A stretch of 64,000 bases of DNA from contig JAPEUI010000033.1 in NCBI GenBank assembly GCA_026025075.1, positions 62,001-126,000 on the forward strand, given 5' to 3'. Under the pieces are notes generated by a model, which saw nothing but the letters and a program-made list of their open reading frames with translations, had not been told where the DNA came from and ran no database searches. Both the position numbers and the translations under genes were made by a program. Each line of letters starts with the position of its first letter. The stretch's first letter is position 1. This document shows, one piece after another, positions 38,776-52,464 of the stretch. This DNA comes from Vezdaea acicularis (lineage: Eukaryota).

Positions 38776-41571
38776 CTAAACAGTCGGCACTCCATAATTC
38801 TCGAAGATAGGACCGCCGTCCATGATCGTCGATAACATCTCGTCGTCCATGAAGAACGTGCTGAAGTCCCCGGCCGGCGTCGTGTCAAAGCCAGGAGGGA
38901 ACATTCCATAGTCAGTTCCGAATATTTGTGAACCGGTAGGGTTCACAATGCCAGGCTGGCCTTGCATGCCCATTCCGTACGTTCCAGCCATATTCGATGT
39001 GTCCAAGCTACTTGACCAAACATTATTGTATCGGCCTTTTCCTATCGACCCATCGACTCCATTGGAATTACCCATTGCAACTTCGCTAAGTAGTTGCAAT
39101 GGGGTGTTTGCTGTCCCGTAATCTTGAGCGTTTTCGGCGGGTTGCCCATTCTGGTCCAAGTTGTTGCTGCCTTGACTGTTTGTTAGCTGGAAAGCGGAAG
39201 CTGGTCGACTACCATCACCTTGGCCTTCCTCTCTTGGGCATCTTCCCGTCCCACAGCCATCTTTCTGCCTCTGGAACCACGTTCTGAGCATCATGAGCAT
39301 CATGAGGAACCTCGCAGCAGGTCTTGATCGATCTCCATCTGTAGTGGCCTTAAATTTTTCCAAGACGCGCTCGACATAGTCCTCTGCCCTCAGGTCCTCC
39401 TTTTTGAAGATTCCGCTCATTTCTGAATTAGGTATCATGGTAGCGAAGTGCATCTTTATGAGCATGACCATTGTGTAGGTGCAGCGGACGAGATAGAAAA
39501 CCGGCAACGCTCGCATTGTTTTGACATCAAGCGCGATAAGAGTCTCAAAAAGCGTATGAATCGACTTTAAGCAGGTCGATAGCGCTGCAATATGAGCAGG
39601 TGTCAGGCGTTCTCCCTGTCCCACAGCATACCTAAGCGTTTCTTCGGTAAACGGAGGTTTGAAGTCATCAACATTATGGTCTACATGAAGTGCAACTTCG
39701 TGGATGTACAAGTCCAAGTGACTCTCGCACATTGTCAGGGTGGCTAGGAGTTATCAGCTATTGTTATCACAGAGAAAGGAGAATACCGACGTTCGTCCAA
39801 ATGTTTGGGTGACAAAGCTTTCCAATGTTCTAGATCTTTCTCGAAGCCTTTAATCTGATATTGAGTTTTGGGATCGGAGAGTGTCACAGTGGCAAAAGGA
39901 TCATCCATTGAGAACTGGAACGCAACCTGTTCGGCAATCTGTTGTCCTCTCACTAATTGGCATAAGAATAAATCCGAAGTCACCGAGTCGCTGGATGTTT
40001 CCAACACATCCGTACACTCCTTCAAGTAATTGGTCCAGGTAAGCAAATGAGGCCTCCGCATGTGCACCGCAACACTTCCTAAGGTCAGCAAGGCAATAAG
40101 ATTCAAGACGGACGACCTACTTAGAACATAAGAAATAGACTGCTAGCCATAGCCGCCGAGAGCCCAAAGTGGCTGGATCTGGCAATGCGAACATTTTTCT
40201 TGAATGATATTGTGAGGCTACAGCAGGGTGACGAGCCTTAAGGGGCTTGTATTTCTTGAAGATACCTAAGTCGATCGCCATAGACATGGCCATATGCGTA
40301 AGCTGATAGAACTTCAGCTGTTCGTAGTGTTCCGGTGGCCAGTACCATAGAACTGAAATCAACAAAGCCTGAAGAAGTTCGATGCTCTTTTCTCCATTTC
40401 CAACGACACGGTCGCCGAAGATATTCATGATTTCCTTTGTCAAAGACCTTTGGAGGTCTGGATATGAAACACTTGCGCCGACGGCAATGATTGACAGGAA
40501 AAGAATAGGTTTGGTTTTTCGAATTTCTCCTGCAGTCATATCTGGGGTGAAAACTATGCATGGGAATAGAGGTCCCATTTTCTCGACAAAGTAGTTGAAG
40601 ATCGTCGTTGCAGTTTCGGAAGAAAGAAGGCCGCGATCGATCACATCCGTATAGGGACTGTATGGTACCTTGCTTGGACCTGGAACAGAATCTGGCGTGA
40701 TCGATGGACCTGTAGCAGATCGTGGTGTCTTCGGCATTAAGAAAGGATACACGACGGCCGAATCGTCCTTCGCAGTTATAGGCGCGTCCATAGCAGCCAT
40801 TGTACCTTGCTGCCTCGTTGTTCCTTTGATTGGCGATCGTTGTTGGTTATCTTGTGGGCCGTTTTCTTCAGATAGCCTCCGCTTTCGGCCGGCAACTGAA
40901 GTAGTTGGAGCCGATCGAAGGGCCGGATTGTCGTGCTTAGAAGTAGTCGTATACTGCTGCTGTCGCAACCATTCGCCTGTCTCACGATTATTCTCTATTG
41001 GAGCGGAGCCGTAGCGATCGAGCACTTCGTCGTAATCAGTACCCTCCCGACTATATTGGTTGCTATCGCTGTCTCGTCGATTCTCTCCGGCTTGAGTTGC
41101 GTGCAAGCTTGCCGTCAGAGCATCGATCTTCTTTTCGAGTTCAGCAACACGACTATCAGTCTTCTTCTGACGTTTGCGACTTGGAACTGTCACAACACAA
41201 TCTCGTCCAGCTTTGGCGCATCTACGGCAGGGACCATCTGGGTTCTGAGAATTTGGATCGCAACGGACCTTCAAGCCTCGACAAGCTTCACACGCTCGAG
41301 GACGCTTCGCATCATTAGGGACATTCGGATCGGATTGATTCGACTCTGAGGGAGGTAGTTCGTAATATGGCGATTGCTGCTGTTGTCGTTGCTCCTGTTG
41401 AGATTCATCGGGCAGAGCTGGTGGCAAGCCGGAAGCGGAGGGCACGGTAGCATGGGGCCGGCCAGCACGCAAAGGATTTGTTCCGAGAGATCTTGATGGG
41501 GGCGGTGGAGGAGGATAGACGCTTTGTTGTGGGCTGGTATCCGTGGATCGCAGTCTCGGATCAATCTCCAT
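38776..41571 (-). CDS. Zn(II)2Cys6 fungal transcription factor; 3 exons
   Basis: RACEACRGLKVRCDPNSQNPDGPCRRCAKAGRDC zinc cluster followed by a coiled coil (SRVAELEKKIDALT) and a middle homology region (KPILFLSII..GEKSIELLQALL..RRLWLAVYFLC). Confidence 0.92.
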
Positions 41572-42316
41572 CGCGGGCCGTCATGAGCTCAATGACGGTG
41601 ATGTGAAAGTTGGGGACATCGGTGGTTGATTGAGGCCGTAGACCGATGGTAACTCACGAGGAACCAATGATTTTGGAGCTAAAAGGACCAGATCGGGCTG
41701 TCTCCGCGTCCGCTCATGGTCTCCCGTCTAACGGACCGGGTGGGAGCGCCAGTAACTTTGGTCAGAAATCAAGCAGAGTTTCGCGTAGGGGAAGCTCCCG
41801 TCGGGGAGAAGCGGTCTTGTTCTCGCCGAGTCCCCGATTCACATTACCATGCCTCTACGCGGTGAAGTCACTACAAGCAAGGCCCATGGGTTGTCGAAGA
41901 GGCAAGAAAATCTTGACTAGCTGAGGATATGAATGTTTCGACTCACTCTAGTCTTATATAGATCCAAAGATTACTATCAATGCAGTTGCAGGGACTACAA
42001 TACTCCCCAAATCTGTCGTAACGATCTTGGGCAAGCGAGAAGCTCATTGGTCCATGCCTGCGTCGACTTCGTATTACGCGTCCTTGGAAAGTCCAACGGA
42101 GCACTTTGAACCCCGAAGTCTAAAGGGAAATCTGCTAAATTCCACAACAAATGTCGTTAATTCTTGATATAAGTTAGCCTATTTTAAAGAAGCCATAAAA
42201 CCATCGGCAGAAATCTGCGATCCACAGCTTCGGCTTCAATCACTCGAAGCGGATACCCTATAGTTGTTCTGGCGACACGGACACAACACAAAGGTAAAGG
42301 GAGAGATACGGCCAGA

Positions 42317-42598
42317 TTATCCTGAGCTAACCGGAGGAATTATCCCAATCTCGTCTCCTCCACGTAATATGATCGGTGAGTCTGACGTCTCGTCCTCAAC
42401 GTCTACGTATTCGAGGTTGAGAGTGATTGCACTGCAACTCAAAACTTGCTTTCTAAAACCAGGATACCGAGACTCCAGCATTTCAAACAATCCTGTCAGG
42501 GATCCCGGCACTTTGAATGACTCTGAGCGCTTCTTGGTGAAGGTTGATGCACTCGCAAAGTAGAGTACCCGTATTTGCTCTGAAGACCCCTCGGCCAT
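42317..42598 (-). CDS. cnxG: Molybdopterin synthase sulfur-carrier (small) subunit, MoaD/MOCS2A/CnxG-like
   Basis: 93-aa ubiquitin-like ORF: VLYFASA..LESRYPG..NLEYVD..GDEIGIIPPVSSG. Confidence 0.85.
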   Translation of the reverse strand: MAEGSSEQIRVLYFASASTFTKKRSESFKVPGSLTGLFEMLESRYPGFRKQVLSCSAITLNLEYVDVEDETSDSPIILRGGDEIGIIPPVSSG

Positions 42599-43082
42599 AG
42601 GCAGTCACTTTTGCTACACAACGTCCATATTAGCATTTTGGGTTGTTGGAGGAATGTTAAAATAAGCCTGGATAGTTAAGAAGCCTCCATCAGACATGTG
42701 AACAAGTCCACAGCTACCTAAGCAATCTGCAAAAGTATCGGATAATACATGCTTGTTGTTTGGTTCTCGTCATATCTGGCCCGGGATATCATGGCGTTAT
42801 ATTGACGACTACACATACCTTTTTTGCTTCCAAGGTATAAATTAGCGCTCAGCAAGTTGCTTGACCATAGAACTGATGGACTTTTCAAATGGAATTTACT
42901 GAAGGACAAATTCAAGTCTCGGAAAAAAGGCGAGACTTTTGCATGGCACGATTTTTCGGCTCATCCCGTTAATTTTCCTCGGCTCCGACTCTCATTGCCC
43001 TCACGTCACTTGCCATAACCATGAGGGGCCTGTCATGCCTATGAGACGGTAGAAAGGCTCTGCCAGCTTCATCGGAAGGGCC

Positions 43083-46000
43083 ATGCGCTCCAGTGTCTCG
43101 AATATTCGCCAAATATGGAGCAGAAAGCCTTTGCGTGTTCGTGGGAACGTGAATTGTGCCAAACGTTTCCAACGTCCACTAAAATCTACATGCTCGGTAG
43201 TCAACTCTTCCTACTGGTGAGAATGTACTAACTCTAGCAGTGCCTCAATATAGGAAGTGAGGGTCAAGATCATGGCGACCATCTTACTACCGCAGATATC
43301 TTCCCAGCCGAGTCGGTCTCTGGTCGAGGAGGATGGCAAGCGCGCGCCCTACCCATTCGTGAAAAGCTTAGAAAATGGCAGAAAGCTAAGCCTGAGCCAT
43401 CAACTACGGCGGACGTGTCACAGTTCTTGCCTATCCCATCAGACACCGCTCTCGGCGCGATGACAACCTTACCTCCGGGCGAGACCTCCGTTATCCAGGC
43501 GACGCTCAATAGCGATAACGCGGCAGAGGAAGATGATCTACACGATATGCCACTTAATGCTGGCGATAACTTGAGTCCTGGGGACCTTGTTGAGATCTCG
43601 TCAGTGATTGTGAATTAAAATCAACTTCTGACTGACCTTTCTATAGGTTGCGAAGTCTAGCGGATGAAACGGAGCCTGCAGTTTTCCTTAAGGAATATAC
43701 CGATTCAAGTTTGATATATACGCTTGGTGGACGCTGCCGCTTTGTGAGATCCTCGGACATCTTATGGTCTAGTCCCAGATTTGTTTCAATTTCAATCCTG
43801 GCCCCACTACTATCTGATGTACCATCTGTCGCCACAATGGCGACGATGACCGCTGAAGCAAGAAAAGCCAATGAACCAGTACTCCTAGAGTTGCCACGTG
43901 AAGCTGGACTTCCAGTGTTGACACAAATGCACCAATTCAATGAGAAGGTTGTTGCTCTTTACAGAAACCAATCGCGGAGGCTTGATCAAATGCATGAGAC
44001 TATAGCGGACGAACGCATCTATCTTTCAATGTCGGTGGAAGAAATTGCTACCAAGCTAGGTCTTCGAAGATCTGGCCCAACCCCAAGCAGTTTTTCTCCA
44101 GAAACAATATTCGCCTTGCGAAGAGCACTACTACTTCACCCGTACGCTTTCAAGCCAGATCTTTACGACCCACGTGTCTCTCAAAATTTTGAGATCAGGC
44201 CTAGGAGTCATCTGATCCGATTGGAAAGAGCGGAGCAAATGATTAGGGAGCATCGAAAAGCTTGCATGGACGCAAAATCAGCTGGCGCTGCAGCGCTTGA
44301 GGCCAAACGTAGTCTCACTTCGGCGCCAGTCGAGGAATTCCTTATAAAGTCACGACGACTGATTACGGAGAGTCGTAGCGGCAGGCGACGAATACGGTCA
44401 GCTCTAGGGCCTTCGTTGGAAAATCCCGTTGCACCCTCAAATGTCTCGCCTTCGGTTCGACGAACCCAATCTATTCAAGAGAGGCTTTCGGAAAGATTTT
44501 CTCAGGATGATCAAGACATCATTTTTGCTCTGAAGGCTTGGTGCAGCTATCGTGAAGTCCAAAGGCATTCCAGCATGTTTCCTCTAGGATCCTGGATCCT
44601 TCGAGCTGTTGGTATGTACGAGGAAGACCTAACTTTTGACCCTGACCTTGGGGTGCTTTTCCTGCAAGAGATAGGCGTTCATCCCCCTTGGCTAGATACG
44701 ATATTTCTGGACAGAACCTTTAAGCTTCTAACCAGCTCTACCTCTTCTTCGAGCAACGGTATGCCAGTGGAAGAGACTCCAAGTCTTTCCGACTCAATGG
44801 AAGACATGAGGAGAGACTGGGGCTCTATGCCTGTTTACTGCATTGATGCCGCTTCTGCTCTAGAAATTGATGACGGCATATCGATCGAGCCTACTTCTGA
44901 CCCTTCACGTAATTGGATACATGTTCATGTAGCGGACCCTTGTGCATTCATATCACCTGATCACCCCATTGCCAAGAAGGCAAAAGAGTCAGGTAGCACT
45001 ATCTATCTCCCAGGACAGGCGTTTCCTATGTTGCCATCTTCGATCGTTCAAGAACAGCTCAGTTTAGCGCCGGGTCGCCCGTCAATAACATTCAGCGGAT
45101 TAATAGACAGCGATGGATCTATCTCAGATGTCAAAATAACTCCCGGAGTTGTGCAAAATGTTATCTTTATAACACCGACAAAAGTTCGGGAAATCATTGG
45201 TGCGGAACGTAGTCCAGGAGGTACTTGGATAGTTGGAAGCCGACCAAAGCGCAGCACCCTTCAAAATCGTTCTTGTGTAGCAGAAATACCAGCACAACAG
45301 AGGAATGACCTTGTTGCGCTTCAAACCGTAGCGGATTCCCTTCATCAGAGGCGACTTCAGATGGGGCAACTTCATACTAACATGAATACTCGGCCGGATG
45401 TGTTTGTATCCTTTAACTCTCCTACGCCACTTATAGCGCCAGAAACTACCGAAATGGCTCGCTTCTTCGATGGTGATCCCTCGATCCAGCTCAAATATCC
45501 GTCTCCAGACACCAGCCAGCCAGAACTAGATATTGTCGCCCCCTTCATGATCCTCGCCTCTCAAATAGCAACCAAATGGTGCTTCGACCGCAACGTACCG
45601 ATTCCCTACCGCGGTAGCGTCCCCCGTACGGCCGAGCCCATAAATCATGGCGAATTTTTCAGACACTATATCCTTCCTACTCGGAAGAGACTAGGGTACG
45701 ATCCGCCGGAGCTAGCGCAGAAGTACATCAACCTGGCCGGCCGTTCAAAGTACTCTTTAGAGCCTCTCCCTCTCGTTACACTTGGGTTAAATATGTACAC
45801 ACGGTGTACGAGCCCTTTACGACGTTTTGCCGACATGGTCGTACACTGGCAGATTCAAGCTGCGCTCCGTCATGAGATGCTGACAGGTGAATCTCTCATC
45901 CGGTGTAAGACGGAAGAGCACCACTTTCTTCCCTTTTCATCTTCCGACCTCAACAACCTGCTCCCCCTCTTGACCAAGAATGAACGCGAAATCCGGCGGC

Positions 46001-46344
46001 TACAATCCCGCAGTCTCAAATCCTGGTCAGCACAGCTCATCGCGCGCTCATTCTATTTCCACGAAACTGTTACACCTCTACCTCCAACCTTGTCGATGGT
46101 CCTGTTGCTCGGCTTCGATCTCAAAAGCAGCACTATAAGGGGTTGGGTGAAAGAGCTGGGGGTGATGGCCAGTATGCAGTCTGTCTTAGAGGATCAGGAG
46201 AAACTGTGTAACATGAAGAAGGGTGAAGTATGGAAAGTGGCGTTAGAGAGGGTGGAGACGGTGAAAGGCAATGTGATTGTACGACCATTGGAAAGACTAA
46301 AGAAAAGTGTTACGGAGGAGGAGGGCATAGATTGGCCTCAGTAA
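43083..46344 (+). CDS. Mitochondrial RNase II/RNB exoribonuclease, CYT-4/Dss1-like; 3 exons
   Basis: Arg-rich N-terminal exon (43083-43196), PIREKLRKWQ exon, then ORF 43648-46344 with the RNB motifs YCIDAASALEIDDGISIE, WIHVHVADP and YTRCTSPLRRFADMVVHWQI. Confidence 0.85.
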
Positions 46345-47044
46345 AACACGCAACGCAAGATGTACAGCGTCAAGATATTTCCCACCGACTCCGCCTACTA
46401 AGGCACGAATCATCACTTCCCTGAATCAACTGTTCATTCACACACCATAACAGCATTCCGCTCGATATGCGATTCCTACTGACTTATATTTACTCTAGAT
46501 AGAGGTCTTGCCAATTGCAATGAAAAGGCCATATTATGGATGCCATTAACATTGCGAGATCGGATCAACACCCTTCAAGTTTGATAGATCCTACGCCCGA
46601 ATCGTCACAAGACGTACTTATTTAATACTAAAAATCTCCCCTAGGCGTAGCCATTGGACTTTTCTATACGGTTTCGGGATTGAGAGTGCATGGCGAGGCG
46701 TTTGTAGATTAGCATAGATACCCATAGATATGCATAGGAGCAGCAGGGAGGCATTTTTATCGATGATAAACTAGGTAAAGAGACTCGTTCAGCATAGTAT
46801 ACTATATCTGCACATAGAATTGTTACTCTTCAATCAAAATCGATAATCCGGAGACTGCGGTGAAAAGCTGTTGAGCGTACTAATATGACAAGCCAAGCCC
46901 TAGCTTGGAGATCTTAGGTCACGTTTTCCAAAAAGAAAAGTCGACATGATATATCAATAAAGTATACGGGCCGGGGTATCAAGTATTGCATGAAAAAAGC
47001 ACCATGCAGCCAACCGCTCCCTCGCTCCCATCCTCAGCACAAGC

Positions 47045-49287
47045 TCATCCAAAGACGCTATAATAAAACTCCTCCTCTACGCCCTCCCTCCCCGGAATCT
47101 GCGGCTCCTCCGCACCCCCTTCATCGAAGCGTACATTCAGGAGTCTGATCTTAAGGCCGTAATCGCCGATGACTTTGATCAGCTTGCTCGTCTCGCTCGT
47201 GATGGGTTGTTGATTTAGCAGCATGAGGAGGCCGTCCAGCCACTCCGAAGCTAGGCTATGGCTCTGCGGCTCTAGGGTGAGCAGCACGACTTCTTTTTGA
47301 GGTTGGGAGGGCGTGGTGCCGTGGATCATGATTTTGGTCGTCGAGAGGCGGGACGAGGGGAGGTTCTTGAGGGTTGATGTCGACGAGCGGACGGAGCTGG
47401 CGGGGTATTCGGAGGTGGCGCTGATGTTGGAGTTGATGGAGGTGACAATCGAGAGGTCGATTTTAGAAGGAAGGAGGTCCAGGCCGGGTTCGTAGCTCTC
47501 TTGGACGTCGAAGTCGTGGTAATGCAAGTATCTTCTATTATGTGAAAGACGCACGTAGCGCCAACTAGACGGGACGGAGCGTTTAGTGTCAGCTTTTGTA
47601 ACAGGCCCGGAGTTGTCGGCTGATTTGTACCCAAGTGCAATGGGAAACCAGGCACCCTGAAGGAGGCATCGGATGCGTTGCTCTTTGACAAATTGAAGCG
47701 CTTCATGCTTTAGCTCTTCGCGCACTTGCTTCAGGTGATGGCCCCACGCATCTTCGTAAGAGAGCTCGAGTAGTTCCATTTGTAGCTCGCGCAAACGGGA
47801 GCACTCATAGTCTGCTAATTCTTCTTCGATTTCAGCGATGTCTTTGGTGCGGCTGGCCTGGCCGACAACCTGTTCTACGAGGATGTTGACCAGTTCTTTC
47901 ACTTTTTGAAAGTCTTCTAACTCAGCGCCTGTGGCTTTCCAGAGTCTGAAGAAAGATTGGAGAGATGCAGTGTGGAGACGCGACCATTGCAAGATCAAGG
48001 GCTGGAAGAGCTTGTCAAAGTTTGTTCGGGAGTCTAATGCAATATAGTTCTTTGCTTCTTCGGCGCTGGAGCGTTCTACTTCGAAATATTCATAGAGGGT
48101 TAATGTAATAGAGAGGCTAGCCCGAGCAATGGGACAACGTTGATCTAGTGGTTTTGATGACTGCTCGAGCAACAACTATCAAACAATGTTATCAGCGGGG
48201 AACGTAATGCAAGTAGTTTGAAGCTAACTTTCTGGAATCCATCTTCATGCTTCCTAATAAAATCCGTTAGATCCATCATTCCCAGGAATCCTACTTCTTC
48301 AAATTCCCATGCAGGCGACTCTGTCTCAAACCCAAGCCGTCTCCATTTCTCCGGATTATGCCTCCGACTTCTCCTAACATCATCGGGCCTTTCGGTCTTG
48401 TCTGATCGTTCCGGATTACTCGCCAGGTGTATTCCCTTCAGCGCTCGTCGATGTTCTGGCTTCTCCAAGTCCACTCCAATCTCCCGCCATTTTTTCAGTA
48501 GCACCTTCGTCAGTGCTTGAAACTCTAATAGTGGTTGCGCTAGGTCTTGTAAGGCTGAACCCTGCATAAGAACCTGGGCGTCTGTTAGCCATTATCTCCC
48601 ATGTCAAACTGCTACCACTCACATAAACCGCTTTTATAACTCCCAGATCCTGCAACCGTTTAATGAACTTTGGCCATTCCGCTTCCGTATCATTTGTGAT
48701 GGCGTCCCGCATTAAGGAATTGATCAGTTGTAGAGCGTTCGCACACAATCCGTAGTCGGCAGATGAGAGTCTACTAACTAGCATCTCTAGAAACTGTGGG
48801 TATATAGCGATTGCAGGTTTCAGTGCTCTGAAGCCAAAGGCCTGTCGGGGGCTAACTCGGTTCGACGCGCTCTGAGGATGTGAGACGACTGCGACAAGTA
48901 TCGACATAGCACCACGAAGGATGTTAACGAGAGGATGAGTGACAACGAGCTCGACAACCTATATCATGGCTCAATTAGTTCCGCTATGAATATTACTTCA
49001 GGATAAGAATGACTTACGCGCTCGATCAACTCCGTACTCACACATTCCCAGCCCTTGTCTACCTCGAGAAGCTTTGAGAATGACGCTAAACTGTAGGAAA
49101 GGGTATTATGCGTAGAGTGAAGAACCAGATAGCGTAGCTTTCCCAAGCCCCCTTCGGCAATAAACACGTCTGCAAAAGACGGATCTCCAATCTCAGACTG
49201 AAGCTTGAATACCGCCATCTTGCGCACGGCATCTTCTTCACTCCCTAGTCGTTCAACGAGCTCTTTAGTGTTGATGGCCCCCTCCAT
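47045..49287 (-). CDS. ELMO/CED-12 family protein with C-terminal PH domain; 4 exons
   Basis: RLGSEEDAVRKMAVFKLQ..|..HPLVNILRGAMSILV..|..PEKWRRLGFETESPAWEF..|..RCPIARAS..KEQRIRCLLQGAWF..WRYVRLSHNRRYLHY..SEWLDGLLMLL. Confidence 0.9.
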
Positions 49288-50110
49288 TACGGTAGAAGTA
49301 TGCTGCGAGGGGATTGTTCGGAGAGAAGTGAACTTCTCCGGAAGCACTATTCATATACTCTTCCGCTCAACTACGACCAAGAATACCTATCGTCAAGGAG
49401 TCGCAGCCAATGAAATGTCTCCGAAGTTTAACCGAGTTTGCGAAGGGGAGGTATGAGGTATGCGTATACCCATATGCATATGGGGGGTCATAAGTGTTGT
49501 ACATTCGCGAAATTCTACCTCCCACATTAATCATGCCCTAAGCACGGCGATTAACGAATCCATTCGTAAGAAACCTATTTCACAGATTACCTAGGGAGGT
49601 CTCCGATATATCGATTGAATAAATGCCCCATCGAGTGCAAGCAGTTCTTGATTCCTGGGTGTTATACCATATATTAGCGGTCTCGTGAATGTCCTACAAT
49701 TACGACCCCCCACTGTATGATCAGGCAGAACTCAACGAGGTCTAGACGCAGGCTATATGCAGAAATGAAGCAATAGTAGCGAATAAGTATTGTCGGAGGC
49801 AAATCCATATAAGTCCATCAAAGCTACCTGTGCAGTTTCCTTATGGGCCAGATTATGGGGAACCTTAGCATAGGGCATGCGAGAACAGTCCGCCGAATGG
49901 ATATCGGAGCTACCATACGACGACATAAACAGCTAGAATAAGTATTTTGCTATAGGAGCCTTCTAGTGTGCTCGAGTAAGTCCTGTAACTATACTACCAC
50001 TTGACAATTGTCCTAAACTCAGATAAATTGGTAGACAGCGCTGTATAGGAGAGAACCCAAATCATGGAAGGTGGATAGGGAGGCCAGCATCATCAAGGTG
50101 GTAGGAAAGA

Positions 50111-51450
50111 TCATAGCAGCCTAACCACCGCTTCTTGTCCATATAATACCGGCCAATGCAAGGCCGTCTCTCCGTTACTATTCCCCGTCTGTTTACTGGC
50201 CCCTTTCTCTAGCAACAGCTTGACCACCGCTTCGTGCCCAAGATCGGCTGCTGAGCGCAGTGCTGTCCATCCATTGTCATCCACTGCTTCGATCTCAGCC
50301 CCCTCCTCTAGCAACAGCTTAACCACTGTTGAGTGCCCATGACGGGCTGCTAAGTGTAGTGCTGTCCATTCATCATAACCTACTGCTTCGATCTCAGCCC
50401 CTTTCTCTAGCAACAGCTTGACCACCGCTTCGTGCCCAAGAATGGCTGCTGAGTGCAGTGCTGTCCATCCACCGATATCTGCTGCTTTGATCTCAGCCCC
50501 CTTTTCTAATAACAGCTTAACCACTGCTGAGTGCCCATGACGGGCTGCAAAGTGTAGTGCTGTTCATCCATTGTCATCCACTGCTTCGATCTCAGCCCCC
50601 TTCTCTAGCAACAGCTTGACCACCGCTTCGTGCCCAAGATTGGCTGCTGAGCGCAGTGCTGTCCATTCATTGTCATCCACTGCTTCGATCTTAGCCCCCT
50701 TCTCTAGCAACAGCTTGACCACGGCTTCCTGCCTGTATAAGGCTCGGCCGACGCAGGGCCTTCTCTCTAATCCTCTTTGCTCTGGCAATGGCAAATTTCT
50801 CCAGCAAACGCTTGGCCGTGGCTTCGAGCCCAAGCCTATGATAGCCTACTGAGTACAGCATTGTCGATCCGGTAGCATCTACATCTTTGATTTTGGCCCC
50901 TTTCTCCAGCAACAACTTGACCACGGCTTCGTGCCCACGATAGGCTGCCCTGTCCAGCGCTCTCCATCCCCGTCTATCCTCTGCTTCAATATTGGCCCCA
51001 TACTCCACCAACAGCTTAACCACGGCTTCATGCCCTTGCGCGGCTGCTTTGTGCAGCGCTCGCCATCCAATGCCATCCACCGCTTCAATTTCAGCCCCCT
51101 TCACTAGCAGCAGCTCGACGACGGCTTCATGCCCATTCTGGGCTGCCTTGTGCAGCGCTCGCCATCCATCGGCGTCCGCTGCTTCGATATTGGCCCCCCT
51201 CCTCAGCAGCAGCTTTATCAAGGCTTCATGCCTCTTCGTGACTGCCCAATGCAGCGGTGTCCATCGAATGCTATCCACCACTTCGATATTGGCTCCGTAT
51301 TCCACCAGCAGCTTGACCACGCCTTCATGCCCACGATAGGCTGCTATTTGTAGCGCTGTCCGTCCACCTTCGTCCTCCGCTTCCATGTTAGCCCCCTTTT
51401 TTAGCTGCAGCTTGGTAGCTTTCACGTTTCCGTCAATAGCTGCCTGGATT
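50111..51450 (-). repeat. 99-bp ankyrin coding tandem repeats
   Basis: Units such as ccactgcttcgatctcagcccc..tctagcaacagcttgaccaccgcttcgtgccca recur at 99-bp intervals and are nearly identical in 50200-50730. Confidence 0.85.
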
Positions 51451-52309
51451 AACGCTGTCCCCAGATTGAATTGATTCCCCCCCCTATTATACATTTTATT
51501 AGCCAGTATTTCATCGACAATCAACGTATGCCCGTTTCTGTCGGCTGAATTTATCAAAACATCGAGTTCATTTGAAGTAACATTATTGACACCACTCGGA
51601 AAGCTCAGCAGCAGCCGGAGGACATGTACGCAACCATAACGTGCTGCTATATTAATTAGAGATCGATTCAAGATATCTCGACAGCTACCTTGCGCTATCT
51701 TCATAATTTGATCCGAGAATAAGATTGTTTTATTTGATTGAAATAGTCGAAAAGGCGATAGTGTAACTAAGAGAGCGAGGGATGGATCAATTTTCCAACG
51801 AGCGGCTACCGTCAAAAGTTTTCGGTCCGAGATTTCAAATAGCCTGAGAAGGGTTTTTTCCGCTTCAGCAGGCTCCGGATGATTGTACCAGGAAAGTCCA
51901 TCATGGAGAATCATGCACTCTTGATATTCCTCAGCGGCAGCGTAATCTCCAACATTTTCAGAAAGTTGTGCCAGCGTATAACAATCGGAGATCGAATTAT
52001 CATCTAAGAAAGAAAACGGCTTTTGCACATTGGAGAGGCGTTGATGAAGAAGGAGAGCTGTTTGATGTTTTTTGGCGGTTTTCAGCAATTCAAGTTGGAC
52101 TCGGCCACTTTCAATTGCGATGTCAAGCGCTAAATGAACATTTTTGGCAAAATCATCCGGTATCCGCCAATAGTATTCCACGCAATTACGCTCTTTGTTC
52201 TCAGCAAGGTCTTGATAACGTCTTGAGAGCCTACTCAGATAACCTAAATCTTCCAGGCTTTACTAGGTGGTGAGCTTGTGGTTGAAAAAATTACTGAACT
52301 ACTCACTTC

Positions 52310-52464
52310 TTTTCTATTGTCTTATCCTTTAAACATTCTATAGGGCTGAGGCTATCATCATTTTGCTTCTCTATTGTCTTATGCTTCAAGCATTCAATAG
52401 GGTTGAGGTTTTTATCATTCTGTTTCTCTATTGTCTTATGCTCTAAGCGTTCTATAGGGCTGGG
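52310..52464 (-). repeat. 57-bp (19-aa) coding minisatellite, about 2.7 copies
   Basis: SPIERLEHKTIEKQNDKNL / NPIECLKHKTIEKQNDDSL / SPIECLKDKTIEK. Confidence 0.8.

Noticed and set aside
42317..42330. MoaD-like protein ends in SSG rather than GG
   Set aside because: To my knowledge PPVSSG is the normal ending of filamentous-fungal CnxG/MOCS2A proteins, so this is not a defect.
44840..44885. RNB motif reads D..SALEIDD, with E in place of one catalytic-region D
   Set aside because: This is typical of the Dss1/CYT-4 subfamily and not evidence of inactivation.
50111..50730. Regularly spaced near-identical repeats resembling a CRISPR array
   Set aside because: They are 99-bp in-frame ankyrin units without unique spacers, in a eukaryotic context with no cas genes.
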